63,334 bases of DNA, filler included, from Candidatus Lindowbacteria bacterium RIFCSPLOWO2_12_FULL_62_27 (GCA_001784175.1; 4 parts of 4 records of this genome joined end to end with filler, not necessarily neighbours in it); one strand, 5' to 3'; numbered from the whole stretch's first letter, positions 16,187-28,559 are shown. Made by a program: numbers and translations. The notes: generated by a model from the sequence alone, not told the origin.

Positions 16187-17728
16187 TCAATACAGTTCCG
16201 CGCCGCCTTTGTGGCATTCATGACAGTTGGTTTCCTTCCACATGTCCCCGACATCGCCCGGGTGGTCGTACTCATCTGCCGAGGTGTAGCGCTGTGCAAC
16301 GGCAACGCCGCCTTCGCCGACGAGTTTCAGAAACGAGTGGCAGGTGTTGCAGTCCCGCGTCATTTTCTTTCCGTGGTTGCCGGTGGATACAAGATCATCG
16401 TTGTGGCAGCGGAAACATCCCGGGGAATTCAGGTGGCCGATATGGTCCGGATACGATTTCCAGGACGCGCGCATTTCCGGGAACTGGCTCTTCTTGTACA
16501 ACTCCTGCACGGCCAGGATGGCGGCCGTGACCCGTTTCGGATCGCCCCTGGCCAGGTCCGGATACGACTCGGCATAGAAATCGCGCAGGTGGGCCGCGAT
16601 GCCTGACATCGCCTGCGGCGCGGCCGCATACTCCCGATCCAGCGACTTCACCGCCTCGCGCTTGATGTAGGGCAGGCCGCGGTCGAGGGCGCCGGCTTCG
16701 AGCGCGTCGTTCACGGCGGCTTGCGGCGAGGCGAACTTGTGCGCCGGCCGGTTGTGGCAGTCCATGCAGTCCATGCGGCGAACGCGCGCGAGGGCGAGGT
16801 CGGAGTCGGACGGCGGCGCGGAGGCGGACCGAAATTCCTTGACCTCGCCCGTGACCCGGTCCGTCGACCGCACCCAGACGATCTCCTCCCGGGACTCGTC
16901 CTTCGGAATGTACTCGATCAGATGATTGATGTTCATGTGAAGGTGGATGCCGGTCTGGCTCTTGCCGACAATGCCGCCGCCGACGTTGACGATCACGCGG
17001 GTCGGCGCCGGCGTATTTTTCTCGTCGGATTTGAAATGCGGGTAGGTCCGCTCCTTGGGCGAGTAGAACTGCTGGGGCCAGTGGCACTGCTCGCAGGTTT
17101 CCTGCGCGGGCCGGAGGTTCTTGATGGGCGTCGGGATGGGTCTGGGATATTTGCCCATGAGCACGGCGTAGACCTGGTAGGACCCGGAAATTTTGGATTT
17201 GGCGAACCATCCGGCGCCCGATCCGATGTGGCAGGAAGCGCATTTGACGCGCGCGTGCGCCGAAGTCTGATAGACGGTGAATTCCGGCTTCATGACCTGA
17301 TGACAGACTTCCCCGCAGAAGGAAACCGACTCGGTGTAGTGATAGGTGTGGTAGAGGCCGGCGCTGGACAGCACCAGAAAAATGACGATGCCGGCCAGAA
17401 AGGCCATCGTGGTGTTGCGGTGGACGGGATTGGAGAAATCGATGCGGAGCGACTTGAGAACGGTCGCGTCAGGATTTCGGAGGATCTGCCGCCGCGTCCA
17501 CCATGCCCCGGCCGGAATCAGGATGACGCCGAAGACGAGGACGGGAGGCAGGATCATCCACATGATCATCCCGAAATAGGGGGAATCGATCTTCAGGGCA
17601 TGGTCGGTCACCCAGAGAACCGCCTCCACGAGGAGAACCAGAAAGACGATCAGAATCCCCGCCATCGTGATGGGATTGTAGAAATATTCCGAGTACTTGT
17701 GGCCGGCCGCCGGCTGCTCCCCGCTCAT
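16187..17728 (-). CDS. NapC/NirT-family 7-heme inner-membrane cytochrome (ImcH-like)
   Basis: Three TM segments; CGEVCH, CASCH, CEQCH, CMDCH, CFRCH, CNTCH, CHECH; ATGA overlap with the NrfD-family gene. Confidence 0.85.
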   Translation of the reverse strand: MSGEQPAAGHKYSEYFYNPITMAGILIVFLVLLVEAVLWVTDHALKIDSPYFGMIMWMILPPVLVFGVILIPAGAWWTRRQILRNPDATVLKSLRIDFSNPVHRNTTMAFLAGIVIFLVLSSAGLYHTYHYTESVSFCGEVCHQVMKPEFTVYQTSAHARVKCASCHIGSGAGWFAKSKISGSYQVYAVLMGKYPRPIPTPIKNLRPAQETCEQCHWPQQFYSPKERTYPHFKSDEKNTPAPTRVIVNVGGGIVGKSQTGIHLHMNINHLIEYIPKDESREEIVWVRSTDRVTGEVKEFRSASAPPSDSDLALARVRRMDCMDCHNRPAHKFASPQAAVNDALEAGALDRGLPYIKREAVKSLDREYAAAPQAMSGIAAHLRDFYAESYPDLARGDPKRVTAAILAVQELYKKSQFPEMRASWKSYPDHIGHLNSPGCFRCHNDDLVSTGNHGKKMTRDCNTCHSFLKLVGEGGVAVAQRYTSADEYDHPGDVGDMWKETNCHECHKGGAELY

Positions 17729-18948
17729 AACCCCGCCTCCCCGCTGTCTGGTCCCTCCTTCTGCCATGGCGGGAACAGTTTGACAAGAACCGCGAGAATC
17801 ACAAACGGAAGCACCATGATGATCGCGGCGCTCAAGAGTCCCTCGCGGCCGGCGATGCCCAGTTTGTAGGTGGTCAGTCCCCGGAAACTTTTCGAGACGA
17901 ACTGGCCGCCGATCACGACGTTCCACCGCATCGCAAGCACCCCCAGCAAAATCAGGAGGCTGCTGATGGCATAGACCGCCTTTCTCACCCGCTCGTGCAC
18001 GCGGGCGATCCGGGCGAATCCCAAAAGCAGCATGGGCACGATCGATCCCAGAAAAACCTGCACGACGAGCATGCTGAGATACAGCATGCCTTCTAGCATC
18101 ACCACCGTGATGTCGTAGTGCTCCTCGGCCTCGTAGGATTTCTGGATCATCTCAAGCGCTTCGAGGCTGAAGGAGACGACGAGGGCGACGAGGAGGTACC
18201 GGGCGATGGTGTCGACGCAGTCCATCCGTTTTCCCACGACCTGCTCGCCGCGCAGCCAGCATGAGAACATGTAGATCACCATGACGGCGGCGATGCCGGA
18301 CACCATCGCTGAAAAAAGAAAGATGATCGGCATGAGCGCGGTCGACCACCAGGGGATGGCCTTGATGGAGCCGAAGATGAACCCGACGTATCCGTGCAGG
18401 AGGACGGCCGACGGGATGCCGACGACGGTGATGGCGCGGCCGATTTTGTCGTCGAGTTCGAGGGCCCGGGGCGAGAGGTTGTCGACACCGAGCGTCAGGA
18501 TTTTGTAAAACCAGCGAAGCGGCGCGGGTTTGGTTTTCGACAGGGTCACGATGTCCTTGCGATAGTCAAACCAAAGTTCCAGCAAAAGGACGATGGTGAG
18601 ATACCAGAGATAGACGAACCCGAACATGGCCATGGCCGAGGTGGGATTCGGCGTGACCAGGATTTCGTAGGCCCGTTCCGGCCGGCCCAGGTGCGCGTTG
18701 AGCGGCATGGGCGCGACGAGCAGAAACGCCAGCGAGGTCAGGAGCGACAGCCGGTAGGCGGGCGCCATCGCCCGCACGTTGAAGACGCGCACGAGGGACG
18801 CCAGAATGAACGCGCCGGCCACGAGGCCCGTGATGTACGGATAGAGGACGATCAGGACGCTCCACTGAAGCTCCACTTCGTTCGGATAAATAAACCCGGA
18901 CACCCGCTCGAGCGCCTCGTAGAATTCCTCGATCAGATGCGGATCCAT
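17725..18948 (-). CDS. NrfD/PsrC-family membrane quinol-oxidase subunit
   Basis: WSVLIVLYPYITGLVAGAF, HLGRPER, SAMAMFG, RWNVVIGGQ. Confidence 0.88.
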   Translation of the reverse strand: MDPHLIEEFYEALERVSGFIYPNEVELQWSVLIVLYPYITGLVAGAFILASLVRVFNVRAMAPAYRLSLLTSLAFLLVAPMPLNAHLGRPERAYEILVTPNPTSAMAMFGFVYLWYLTIVLLLELWFDYRKDIVTLSKTKPAPLRWFYKILTLGVDNLSPRALELDDKIGRAITVVGIPSAVLLHGYVGFIFGSIKAIPWWSTALMPIIFLFSAMVSGIAAVMVIYMFSCWLRGEQVVGKRMDCVDTIARYLLVALVVSFSLEALEMIQKSYEAEEHYDITVVMLEGMLYLSMLVVQVFLGSIVPMLLLGFARIARVHERVRKAVYAISSLLILLGVLAMRWNVVIGGQFVSKSFRGLTTYKLGIAGREGLLSAAIIMVLPFVILAVLVKLFPPWQKEGPDSGEAGL

Positions 18949-18949
18949 T

Positions 18950-19043
18950 TCATCTCACCTCCTTGTCCAGACCCTTGTAGACCAGTTTGGGCTGGGTGCC
19001 CAGATGAGGTTTCAGGACGTTGACGCGGTTTTCCTGCGAGAAT
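18950..19043 (-). CDS. C-terminus of an NrfC/PsrB-like 4Fe-4S subunit (5' truncated)
   Basis: VNVLKPHLGTQPKLVYKGL, directly upstream of the NrfD-family gene. Confidence 0.65.
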
Positions 19044-19143
19044 NNNNNNNNNNNNNNNNNNNNNNNNNNNNNNNNNNNNNNNNNNNNTTAATTAATTAAN
19101 NNNNNNNNNNNNNNNNNNNNNNNNNNNNNNNNNNNNNNNNNNN
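19044..19143. other. Artificial contig linker
   Basis: N run with TTAATTAATTAA. Confidence 0.97.
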
Positions 19144-19145
19144 AC

Positions 19146-22100
19146 GGCACGTCGCCGTTGACGGTGTCGACGTCGGACTCGATCGCGCCGGTGGTGTCGG
19201 ATTCGGATCAGAACCTGAACGGGGATGCGGTGGAGACGGTGACGGTGACGATCACGAACGGCGTGACGGGGGAGACGGAGGTGCTGACGCTGACGGAGAC
19301 TGGAAAAAATACGGGCGTGTTCGACATTGCGGGACTGACGCTGTCGATTCTGCCGGGCGATTCGACGAGCGTCAGCGGCAAGCTGTACGTGAAGCCGGGC
19401 GACACGGTGACGGCGAAATACACGGATCCGACGGACGGGAGGGATTCATTCACGACGCCGTCGATCAGCGTCGTGCCGGATACATCCAACAGCTACGGCA
19501 CGTCGCCGTTGACGGTGTCGACGTCGGATTCGATTGCGCCGGTGGTGTCGGACTCGGATCAGAACCTGAACGGCGCCGCGGTGGAGACGATCACAGTCAC
19601 GATCACCAACGGCGTGACGGGCGAGACGGAGACGCTGACGCTGACGGAGACGGGGAAGAACACGGGCGTGTTCGACATTGTAGGGCTCACGCTGTCGATT
19701 CTGCCAGGCGATTCGACGAGTGTCAGCGGCAAGCTGTACGTGAAGCCGGGGGACACGGTGACCGCAAAATATACGGACCCGACGGACGGGAGGGACTCGT
19801 TCACGACGCCGTCGATCGGCATCGTGTCGGACACATCCAACAGCTACGGCACGTCGCCGTTGACGGTGTCGACGTCGGACTCGATCGCGCCAGTGGTGTC
19901 GGATTCGGATCAGAACCTGAACGGGGATGCGGTGGAAACGATCACGATCACGATCACCAACGGCGTGACGGGGGAGACGGAAGTGCTGACGCTGACGGAG
20001 ACTGGAAAAAACACGGGCATCTTCGACATCGGGGGACTGACGCTGTCGATCCTGCCGGGCGATTCGACGAGCGTCAGCGGCAAGCTGTACGTGAAGCCGG
20101 GCGACACGGTGACGGCGAAATATACGGACCCGACGGACGGGAGGGACTCGTTCACGACGCCGTCGATTGGCGTCGTGCCGGACACGGCCAACTCGTCGAG
20201 TACGGCGTCCTCGCCGGTCAACACGGGCGATTCGGTGTACGTGACGGTGACGGACAGCGACCAGAACCTGGACGGNNNNNNNNNNNNAGCGACCAGAACC
20301 TGGACGGGAGCGCGGTGGAGACGGTGACAGTGACGGTGACGAACTGGACGACGGGGGAGACGGAGGTCGTGACGCTGACGGAGACGGGCAAGAACACGGG
20401 AATCTTCGGCCTGGCGGGACTTCCGACGAGCACGAACGCGTCCGATTCCACGGGCAACACAGGGAAGCTGTATGTGCGGTCCGCGGACACGTTCAGCGCG
20501 AAGTATGTCGATCCGACGGACGCGAGGGACTCCGCCACGACCTCGACGGGGCAATTCCAGTTGACATCGACCGTATCTTCCGGCGTATTCCCAACTGTTC
20601 TCAAGATCGGGGACTCTGTTGCGCCGGCCATCACGGACACGGACCAGAACCTGAACGGCACGGTGACCGAGACGGTGACGGTCACGATCACGAATCAGAC
20701 GACGGGCGAGACGGAGACGCTGACGCTGACGGAGATCGGAACGAACGGCAGTATCTTCGATATCGCGGGCCTTCTGACGAGCGTGACCTCCGCCGATTCC
20801 ACAAACAATTCCGGGAAGCTGTACGTTCGGTCGGGGGATACGCTGACGATCAAATACACGGACCCGACGGACGGTACGGACAGCGTGACGTCGGGGACTA
20901 TCACGATGATTCCGGACACGGCGACGAGTTACGGCACGTCGCCGTTGACGGTGTCGACGTCGGACTCGATCGCGCCGGTGGTGTCGGACTCGGATCAGAA
21001 TTTGAACGGCGACGCGGTGGAGACGGTGACGGTGACGATCACGAACTGGATGACGGGCGAGACGGAGATTCTGACGCTGACGGAGACGGGGAAGAATACG
21101 GGGGTATTTGACATCGGAGGACTGACGCTGTCGATCCTGCCGGGCGATTCGACAACCGGAAGCGGGAGGATGTACGTGAAGCCGGGCGACACGGTGACGG
21201 CGAAATACACGGACCCGACGGACGGGAGGGACTCGTTCACGACGCCGTCGATCAGCGTCGTGCCGGACACGGCGAAGTCCGCGATATCGGCGACCTCGTC
21301 CCCCGCCATTGGCGATTCGGTCTACGTGATGGTGACGGACAGCGATCAGAACCTGAATGGTGCCGCGACGGAAACGATCACCGCGACGGTGACCAACTGG
21401 ACGACGGGGGAGACGGAGGTCGTGACGCTGACGGAGACGGGCAAGAACACGGGAATCTTCGGCCTGGCGGGACTTGTGACAAGCACGAGCGCGTCCGATT
21501 CCACAAGCAGCACGGGAAAGCTGTACGTGCGGTCCGCGGACACGTTCAGCGCGAAATACATCGACCCGACGGACGCGAAAGACTCCGCCACGACTTCGAC
21601 GGGGCAGTTCCAGCCGTCGCCGACGGCGTCGTCGGGGATATTCCCGACGGTGCTGATTCTTGGCGATTCGGTGTCGGCGACGATCACGGACACGGACCAG
21701 AACCTGAACGGCACGGTGACCGAGACGGTGACGGTGACGATCACGAACCAGACGACGGGCGAGACGGAGACGCTGACGCTGACGGAGATCGGAACGAACG
21801 GTAGCCTCTTTGACATCGCGGGCCTTGCGACGAGCGTGAATCCCGCCGATTCCACGAACAATTCCGGAAAACTGTACGTTCGCGCGGCGGACACGCTGAC
21901 GATCAAATACATCGACCCGACGGACGGCACGGATAGCGTGACGTCCGGGACGATCACGATGATCCCGGACACGACGACGAGTTACGGCACGTCGCCGGTG
22001 TCTGTGTCGACGGCGGACTCGATTGCGCCGATCGTGTCGGACTCGGATCAGAACCTGAACGGGGACGCTGTGGAGACGATCACGGTGACGATCACGAACG

Positions 22101-25100
22101 GCGTGACGGGGGAGACGGAGGTGCTGACGCTGACGGAGACTGGAAAAAATACGGGCGTGTTCGACATTGCGGGCCTGACGCTGTCGATTCTATCGGGCGA
22201 TTCGACGAGCGTCAGCGGCAAGCTGTACGTGAAGCCGGGTGACACGGTGACCGCAAAATATACGGATCCGACGGACGGGCGGGACTCGTTCACGACGCCG
22301 TCGATCGGGATCGTGCCGGACACTTCGAAGTCCTCGATCTCGGCGACCCCGTTGCCCGCAATCGGCGATTCGGTCTACGTGACGGTGGCGGACAGCGATC
22401 AGAACCTGAATGGCGGCGCGACGGAAACAATCACCGTGACTGTAACCAACTGGACGACGGCCGAGACGGAGGTCGTGACGCTGACGGAGACGGGGAAAAA
22501 CACGGGAATATTCGGACAGGCAGGCCTTCCGACCAGCGCGAACGCATCCGATTCCACGAGCGGCACGGGCAGGTTGTACGCCCGCGCGGCGGACACGTTC
22601 AGTGCGAAATACATCGATCCGACGGACGCCAAAGACTTCGCCACGACCTCGACGGGACAGTTTCAACCGACATCGTCGATATCTTCCGGTGTGTTCTCGA
22701 CGACCTTGATTGCGGGGGAAACGCTTGCGCCGGTGATCACGGACACGGACCAGAACCTGAATGCGACAGTCATCGAAACGGTAAGCGTCATTGTGACAAA
22801 TATCCGCACGGGCGAAACGGAGACGCTGGTATTGACGGAGACGTCAAACAACAGCGGCGTGTTCGACTTGGCGGGGTTGAACACAAGCTCGAAGGCGTCA
22901 GATTCAATATCCTCAACGAACAGGTTGTACGTAAGACCCGGGGACACGCTGACGGCAAAATATACGGACCCGACGGATGGGACAGACAGCGTGACGTCTC
23001 CGGTCATCACGACGATACCGGATACGACAACGAGTTCCGGCACGTCGCCGGTGCGGGTAGCGACCTCGGAGTCCATCTCGATAACAGTGACGGACAGCGA
23101 TCAAAACCGGGATGCGGATGCGGTCGAGACAATTGCGGTGATCGTGACGAATCAGACCACGGGCGAGACGGAAATCCTGATTTTGACGGAGACGGGCAAA
23201 AACACCGGCATCTTCGACATCGCAAGCCTGACGTTGAGCTTGAATGCGTCGGATTCGGGATCGCCCTCGGGCAAATTGTACGTGAAGCCGGGCGATACCG
23301 TGACGGCGAAGTACACAGACCCGAGAGATCCGAAAGACAGTTTCACCACCGCCGCCATCAGCGTGGCGCCGCCGCCGACCTCTGTCGCTTCGGATACCAC
23401 GGTCACAGTCCTTCCGTCCGCCGCGGTCACCGCATCTGATTCGATCGCCCCGATGATCTCCGACCCCGACCAGAACCTCAACGGCGATGTGGTTGAAACC
23501 ATCGCGGTCGTCATCACCAATAGTCTGACGGGCGAGACGGAAATCCTGATTTTGACGGAGACGGGTAAAAACACAGGTATCTTCGATATCGCGGGCCTGC
23601 CGCTTTCGACCCTTGCGTCGGACTCCGGCACCGGATCCGGCAAACTCTACATCAAATCCGGCGACACGGTGACGGTCAAATACACGGATCCGAACGATCC
23701 CTCCGACTCGTTCACTTCGGCCGCGATCACGATCAACGCCGACACTTCAACCTCATCGCTGACGACGGTCACCTCCATCGCCGCGGGCGATTCTCTGACC
23801 GCGACCGTCTCGGACAGCGACCAGAATATGAACGGAAACGCGATCGAGACGGTGACGGTCACGATCACCAACCAGACCACGGGCGAGACGGAAACGCTGA
23901 CGCTCACCGAGACGGCGGAGAACGCCGGCATTTTCGGCATCGCCGGACTGCCGACCACGTCGAACGCAACCGCGGCCGCAAGCGGATCGGGGACCCTGTA
24001 CGTCCGCGCGCTCGACACGCTGACCGTCAAATACGTAGACCCGACAGACTCGACGGACAGCCGGACGTCCGGAGCAATCGCCGTGACCGGCGAAACACTC
24101 ACCGCCTTTCTGGACACGATTCAGCAGATCCGGATCAGCGTCTATCGTGGCGGGCCCGATTCGAACGTCTTCGTCTTCCGTCCGACCGGGCGTGGCGGCG
24201 AAGGATTGCCCGGCTTGGACGGCCACCGCATGACGGTATCGATCGCGGACAGCACGGGCGGCCGCGGCGCCTTTGTCTCGTCCACAGCGAAATTCACCCT
24301 GGATTCCGCGTACCTGCCCTACACGGCCGTCGAAAACAATCTGCTTTTCCTGCGCGTGACGCTCTTTGGCGAGACCTACTATCCCATCGTTGAAATTTCG
24401 GCCGGATCCACATCGCCGCCCATGTACGTCGTCGGGCGCCGCCATCCAACGCACTCGGAAGGCATTCTCAAGATTCCGGCGGGATATTTCGACAGCGACG
24501 GATATCGGATCATCATCGAAGATTACGACGATTTCAGCGTGGAGACGGCCTCCCTGAAGCCCAATGTGCTGACCGCCAATTCCAACATGTCGCGGTATCC
24601 GGCGGCGAGTGTCCTGCCGGTGAGTATCCGGCCGGAACAGCAGATCTACATCTACGAAACGAAGACCGGCCGGAAAATCCACTCGCTCGGCATCACCGTC
24701 GAAGTTTCGATCACGTATCCCGACGAGGACGACGACGGCATCATCGACGGCACCCCCATCGACGAGTCCACGCTCGAGATGTACTTCCTCGATGAGTCGA
24801 CATCCGAGTGGGTCCACGTCTCGAACGTCACCCGGGACAAGGCGCGCAATTGGGTCACAACGCGCGTCAACCATTTCACGGTCTTCACCCTGATCGGTCT
24901 TGCCGCCTCGACCGACGCCTCGCAGATCCGAGTCTATCCGAATCCGTTCCGTCCCAACGACGGCGATCCGGACAACGGCGGCGAGTATATCGCCGGCAAT
25001 TTGAACACCGGCGTGATCATGGACAACGTCCCGGCGGGTTCGAAAGTCGAGATTTTCACCATGCTCGGAGAGCTCGTGTCCCGCGCGACCGCCGGCAATT

Positions 25101-25225
25101 CGGGCATCTATCAGTGGGACGTCCGCAACGACAAGAATCAGAGCGTGGTGTCCGGAGTCTACATCGTCGTCGTCACGGCGCCGAACGGATCGAAGCTTGT
25201 GGACAAGCTCGTGATCATCCGATGA
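19146..25225 (+). CDS. Large repeat surface protein with a T9SS/FlgD-like C-terminal domain (5' truncated; gap at 20276-20287)
   Basis: About 14 units of ~117 aa (DSDQNLNG..ET.T.TLTETGKNTG.F...KYTDPTD); C-terminus VYPNPF...WDVRND...SGVYIVVV...KLVIIR. Confidence 0.85.
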
Positions 25226-27102
25226 GTCGGCGGATGGCATTCCATCTCAGGCGGATGGCGCGCGCGTGCGCCCTGGGTCTATCCCTGCTGGTTCCGGCGG
25301 CGGCCTTCGCGGGAACGGGCGACGGCGGCACAAGCGCCGCCGTGTTCCTGCGTCTCGCCAATGGCGGCGCGGCCGCGGCCCTGGGCGAGGCCTATGTTGC
25401 CCGAAGCGGCGTCATCGAGGCCTTGCATTACAATCCCGGCGGCCTCACGCGCATTGGCAAGGCGCAGATTCAGATGCAGCATAACGATTATCTGCTCGAC
25501 ATGAAATCCGACTACGCCGCCGGCGCGTTTTCCGCCGGACGTTGGACGCTCGGATCGTCCCTGCTGATCCTCGATCAGGGCACCTTCACCCGCCGCACGA
25601 TCTCCAACCCCGCCGGCACGGGCCGGTTCAGCGCGGGCGCCCAGATGTTGTCTTTCGCGGTCTCGCGTCAATTCGGCGAACGAGTGTCCGTGGGCGGCGC
25701 AGGCCGGGTCTTCCGGGAGAAACTGGACAATATCAGCCGAACCGGCGAGTCATTCGATCTGGGCGTGCATACGATCGCGATAGAAGATTTGCTCGAGTTT
25801 GGCGCCGCCATCCGCAATATGGGACCGGCGGTCAAGTTCGACCGGGACGAGGAGAATCTGCCGCTGGATATCTCGCTGGGCCTTCATGTGCCGCGCCTGT
25901 TTGTCCGCGGCCTCAAGGTCTCCACATCGCTGTCGTTTGTGCGCCGGCAGGAACCCGAGTTTGGCGCGGGCATCGAATATGGAGTAATGAATATGGCATT
26001 CCTTCGTTTCGGATACAATTCTCGAAACGATCTCGGGTCCGGATTGACGGCCGGCCTGGGGTTCCATGTCGGCGGATTTCAACTCGACTATGCCTACGTG
26101 CCGTTCAATGATGCGGGAAACAGCCACCGCCTTTCGATGACTCTTGCATTCGGCCGTCCGCCCCGTTTCGAGCCGCAAGAGCCGCAAGCCCACGACAGAA
26201 ATGTTCATTCTGCGCCGCGTCTTTCAAACGATCTGGCGCCGACGGAACCCGCGAGCGTCACTCATTCGCGCGATGTCCCACCCCCCGCGCCCCCTCGCGC
26301 CGACCGGGATGCGTCCGTTCCGCGGAAAGTCTCCGGGCTGCCGTCCGGTCCGGACAAAGCCAAAGAATACGCGGACATGGCCCGCCGATTTCTGAGGCAG
26401 GGAAATTATGCGCAGGCGAATTTTTATGCCGGCGCGGCCGAAAAGATGGGTTATCCGGACGCCGGGATCATTCTCGGGCAAATCGATGCCGCCGCCAAAG
26501 ACGAAATCCATCGGCACGAGAATGCGGCAAAGGCAAAGGAGTATGCCGACATGGCCCGCAGATTTCTGGAACAGGGAAACATGATCCAGGCGAAATTCTA
26601 CGCCACCGAGTCCCAGCGATTCGGCAATCCCGATGCGGGAAATCTTCTGTCGCAGATATCCGCCGCGGAAGCAGAACAGGAAACATCAAGAAAAGCGGAA
26701 CAATCCCGGCGTCTGGCCGCCGCGGTCGCACCCTCGTTCCGGCGGCCGGACGACGTGCAGTTCATGAGGGATCTCTCGAAGGCGTGGGAAGCCCTGGCCT
26801 TGAAAAAAGTGGCCGCCGCCAGAGACTTCGCCGCCAAGGCCGCTGCCGTCACATATGACGACGCCGAAAAACTCCTGATCGAGATCGACCGCGCCGAAAA
26901 ACCGGAAACGCAGGATCATCCCGGGATTCCCATTGACGCCATGCTGTACCTGTCCAGCGCGTGGGATCTTTTGTCGAACGGAAACGCCCCGCTCGCCGAA
27001 TTGTTCGCGAGCAAGGCGCTGGCCCGCGGCGCGGACGGTGCGATCCCCATCATCCGCCGCGTCTATCGCATTCAGTCGGAATCTTCAGCCGCCGCGCGAT
27101 AA
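25222..27102 (+). CDS. PorV/PorQ-family beta-barrel with a C-terminal helical-repeat extension
   Basis: AAVFLRL..GGAAAALGEAY...HYNPGGL; LDYAYVPF.DAGNSHRLSM; duplicated AKEYADMARRFL; ATGA overlap with the upstream gene. Confidence 0.8.
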   Translation: MSRRMAFHLRRMARACALGLSLLVPAAAFAGTGDGGTSAAVFLRLANGGAAAALGEAYVARSGVIEALHYNPGGLTRIGKAQIQMQHNDYLLDMKSDYAAGAFSAGRWTLGSSLLILDQGTFTRRTISNPAGTGRFSAGAQMLSFAVSRQFGERVSVGGAGRVFREKLDNISRTGESFDLGVHTIAIEDLLEFGAAIRNMGPAVKFDRDEENLPLDISLGLHVPRLFVRGLKVSTSLSFVRRQEPEFGAGIEYGVMNMAFLRFGYNSRNDLGSGLTAGLGFHVGGFQLDYAYVPFNDAGNSHRLSMTLAFGRPPRFEPQEPQAHDRNVHSAPRLSNDLAPTEPASVTHSRDVPPPAPPRADRDASVPRKVSGLPSGPDKAKEYADMARRFLRQGNYAQANFYAGAAEKMGYPDAGIILGQIDAAAKDEIHRHENAAKAKEYADMARRFLEQGNMIQAKFYATESQRFGNPDAGNLLSQISAAEAEQETSRKAEQSRRLAAAVAPSFRRPDDVQFMRDLSKAWEALALKKVAAARDFAAKAAAVTYDDAEKLLIEIDRAEKPETQDHPGIPIDAMLYLSSAWDLLSNGNAPLAELFASKALARGADGAIPIIRRVYRIQSESSAAAR

Positions 27103-27194
27103 ACCCGGACGGCCCATGGCGTCGGTTGCCGGGCGCGGCCCGGCAGGAGCGCAGGCCGGCCAGATCGCCCGAGGAAACCTCTGCACTCCGCATC

Positions 27195-27920
27195 TTACTT
27201 CGCCTTGCCGCCCTTCACAAACCCGTACTCGACCAGTTTCGTCGCGCCGTCCTTGACCAGTCCCACCTCCGGCGCATACAGCTTGATGCTGTGTTCCCCC
27301 GGCTCAAGCGGCGTTGTCTCGTCCACCTTCAGGCAACCCTCGAAGGTCCCCGCCGGTGTCTTGAGCGTCTCGTTCACGCTGATGATTTCCGCCCGGTCCA
27401 TGGCCGCGTCCGGCGCGATTTCCTGATAATGCTTGAATCCCACGCCCGGTTTGGCCGGCATGATGAGACCGTATCGCGCGCCCTCCGACCCATGCAACCA
27501 TGCGCCTTCGTGACCCGTAACTTTGCCGCCTTTATACATGTCCACCTCTTCTCCAAAGTAATAGATGTCATTCGTCTTGCGATCCACCGCAAAGAAATTT
27601 CTGGACACTTCCACCAGCCGGTCTTTCTTCCACTCCCGTTCCTCGACGATCCGGGTTTCGATGCCGCCGATCTTCCGGGTCTCGTTCAACACCGTGATCT
27701 CGACGCCCTCGGTCTTGCTTTTCAAGAGGAGCCGATAGCCCGGCTCCAGAATCCAGTAGCGGTTCCGGCCGGTCGTCACAAAATCACGGTCCGCGACCGC
27801 AAACGAATCCAGCCAAGCGCTCTCCGCGCCGCCCTCCTCTTTATCATCCCCGGCGAGACCTTCGAATGCCCCCATCGCGATGAACATGCACAGAACAAAA
27901 ACTGTGATCAGATGCTTCAT
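27195..27920 (-). CDS. Secreted hypothetical protein
   Basis: Signal peptide MKHLITVF...; YYFGEEVD and TPAGTFEGCLKV motifs. Confidence 0.7.
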   Translation of the reverse strand: MKHLITVFVLCMFIAMGAFEGLAGDDKEEGGAESAWLDSFAVADRDFVTTGRNRYWILEPGYRLLLKSKTEGVEITVLNETRKIGGIETRIVEEREWKKDRLVEVSRNFFAVDRKTNDIYYFGEEVDMYKGGKVTGHEGAWLHGSEGARYGLIMPAKPGVGFKHYQEIAPDAAMDRAEIISVNETLKTPAGTFEGCLKVDETTPLEPGEHSIKLYAPEVGLVKDGATKLVEYGFVKGGKAK

Positions 27921-28073
27921 GAACGTCTTCACGCTCCTTGCGTGGATTTTTTTTCCTCCATATTCACACGGTAGCATACGAAACATGACGGTAAAATGAC
28001 GGTTCAGCTTTGATCCGGTCATGCCGTATGATTGTCTTAGGCAGGATCGGATTCTGAAGTGAAGGGAGGCGTC

Positions 28074-28535
28074 GTGAAGAAGGCCGCGGTGCGGATGCGT
28101 CTTGTGATCGCCTTTGCCGTTCTTCTCGGCGGAGCGCTTGGCATCGGAGGGTACACGTTCATCTACGCCAAGGGGTATTCGTATCTGACCGACGACCCGG
28201 CGGCCTGCGCGAACTGCCACATCATGCAGGACCAGTATGGCGGCTGGATCAAATCCAGCCACCGCGCGGTTGCTGCTTGCAACGATTGTCACACGCCTCG
28301 GCCGCTTGTCCGCAAGTATGCCGTGAAGACTTCGAACGGATTCTGGCATTCGTTCGCGTTCACCACGGGGCAATTTCACGAACCGGTTCGAATCAAGGAG
28401 CGAAATCGCCGGGTGCTCGAGGAATCATGCCGCCGCTGCCACGCCGATATCGTGACCGCGCTCGAAGGGCCACACCGGGCGACGGAAACCGTGCTGTGCG
28501 TCAAATGCCATGCGGCGGTCGGCCACGAAACATGA
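28074..28535 (+). CDS. nrfH: Cytochrome c nitrite reductase small subunit
   Basis: TM anchor, YLTDDPAACANCHIM, four CxxCH motifs. Confidence 0.9.
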   Translation: MKKAAVRMRLVIAFAVLLGGALGIGGYTFIYAKGYSYLTDDPAACANCHIMQDQYGGWIKSSHRAVAACNDCHTPRPLVRKYAVKTSNGFWHSFAFTTGQFHEPVRIKERNRRVLEESCRRCHADIVTALEGPHRATETVLCVKCHAAVGHET

Positions 28536-28559
28536 TCGCCATGATACAAGGAGGGCGCT

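Noticed and set aside
13078-16330. DGR template/variable repeat pair (13088-13180 vs 16200-16292) using the RT at 38391
   Set aside because: Mismatches are mostly third-position and not adenine-specific. The RT is a group II maturase inside a full intron on a different contig.
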